A stretch of 64,000 nucleotides of DNA from Eledone cirrhosa. Lineage: Eukaryota. The notes under the pieces are model-generated. The model saw nothing but the letters and a program-made list of their open reading frames with translations, was not told the DNA's origin and did no database searches. Of this stretch, positions 63,050 to 64,000 are shown in pieces. The first letter of the stretch is position 1. Every line of letters begins with the position of its first letter. Made by a program: the position numbers and the translations under genes. The stretch is taken from assembly GCA_964016885.1 (NCBI GenBank), contig OZ024757.1, positions 43,586,001 through 43,650,000 of the forward strand. Reading direction: 5' to 3'.

Positions 63050-64000
63050 ATATACAAATCATGTTTTGGATATAAGTGAAGTTATTTAAGAGATTTAGTT
63101 GTTTTGTATACATTCATAACGGTACGCGATGGGACCCACCCACAGCCCCGGCGGACAGAATGGAGAAGGCGTTTCCCCGGAGCACGGCAAGGGAGACGCG
63201 CTGGAAAAGCCACTCCAACTCGCGGGGCTCACACCTGCGGCTGGCCAGCTCAGCGCCTATGGTGGTGAGTAAGGAGGTAGCCCTGGGGCCGAGGACACCA
63301 GAAGTCTCCACTTCCAGGGGTACGACCGCAAACCTGTCGGAGAGTGAACGATATGTGAGGAGTTTGGCCCCCTCAGCCTGACGTGCAGCAGAACCTGGGC
63401 CAGTCGCAGACTGCACCAGGTTGCGGCTGCAGAAAGTGTCGGTGCAAGTGGCATCCCAGACGAGGGGTTTGCCACCGCGGAGCGGGAAGATGGTCATGCC
63501 ATCTAGCCTTTTGCCGTCCCCTCGAGCTGGGAAGGGAAGCCTGCAGCGTCCAAGCCATGCTTAATGACTTCGTTGAGGGCAGCATGGCGTGGATTGCAGG
63601 TGGAGGCCGAAAGAGTCCATGGTGGAACGGCAGCGACATTGGTGTGAGGCCGAGCCTCAGGGAAACGCCGATGCGCAAGCTATTGTTGTCTAGCTGCGTG
63701 CGAGTGGAGAAGGAGGGCAGGGCATGGAGCCAGGCCCCACTGTGGGGTTTGGAGGCTGCACGAAAACAAACAAGGCGGTGCTGGTCGAGCTGGCACGTGA
63801 GCCTGTCTGAGGCCAGGCTGCACTGGATGGCATCCCAAGTGTGTTGGGGGGGACTTGACGTCAACAGGGGGAGAAGGAGGAGGAACGTCTACTGGGCTAA
63901 GTCCCAGCCGGTCCCACGTCTCACAGGCGGCCACGCGTTCTCTGAACACAGAGGGTTCTGCTGAAGAGGACGTGGTACGAGGTTACCGACGAAAGATATG
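63050..64000 (-). mobile_element. CRE-type non-LTR retrotransposon 3' part (RLE), runs off the window
   Basis: HSGAWL.ALP...L......LRLG; DG.T..P...GK.LVWDATC.DT...AE..K...Y..L...P..VETSG.LG...QR.S.AV.RGNA. Confidence 0.88.

Overview
Repeat-rich, AT-rich animal genomic DNA. The SINE and RTE repertoire suggests a coleoid cephalopod, probably an octopod (inference). The window holds one complete spliced gene on the minus strand that the ORF track does not assemble: UBXN11 (coiled-coil + SEP + UBX p97/VCP adaptor). I reconstructed 14 coding exons from ATG 46952 to TAA 3443; all introns are GT-AG and phase-consistent, giving 1521 nt / 506 aa. Introns and flanks are filled with truncated non-LTR retrotransposons: three RTE subfamilies, two R4/Dong-type RLE elements, a Tx1/L1 fragment, CRE-type fragments and a Penelope-like GIY-YIG fragment. 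There are also a Helitron Rep fragment, tRNA-derived SINEs, many minisatellites and a palindromic foldback array. Most notable: (1) a C4HC3 PHD-like finger inserted inside the RTE reverse transcriptase; (2) a 9-copy tandem amplification of the UBXN11 exon 1/intron 1 junction; (3) a 4.5-kb 49-bp satellite born inside a LINE C-terminal coding segment, which explains the spurious 1500-aa ORFs; (4) RTE orientation switching at the UBXN11 promoter; (5) element clustering in (TAA)n and (TA)n microsatellites. All homology calls are from motif recognition; no searches were run.
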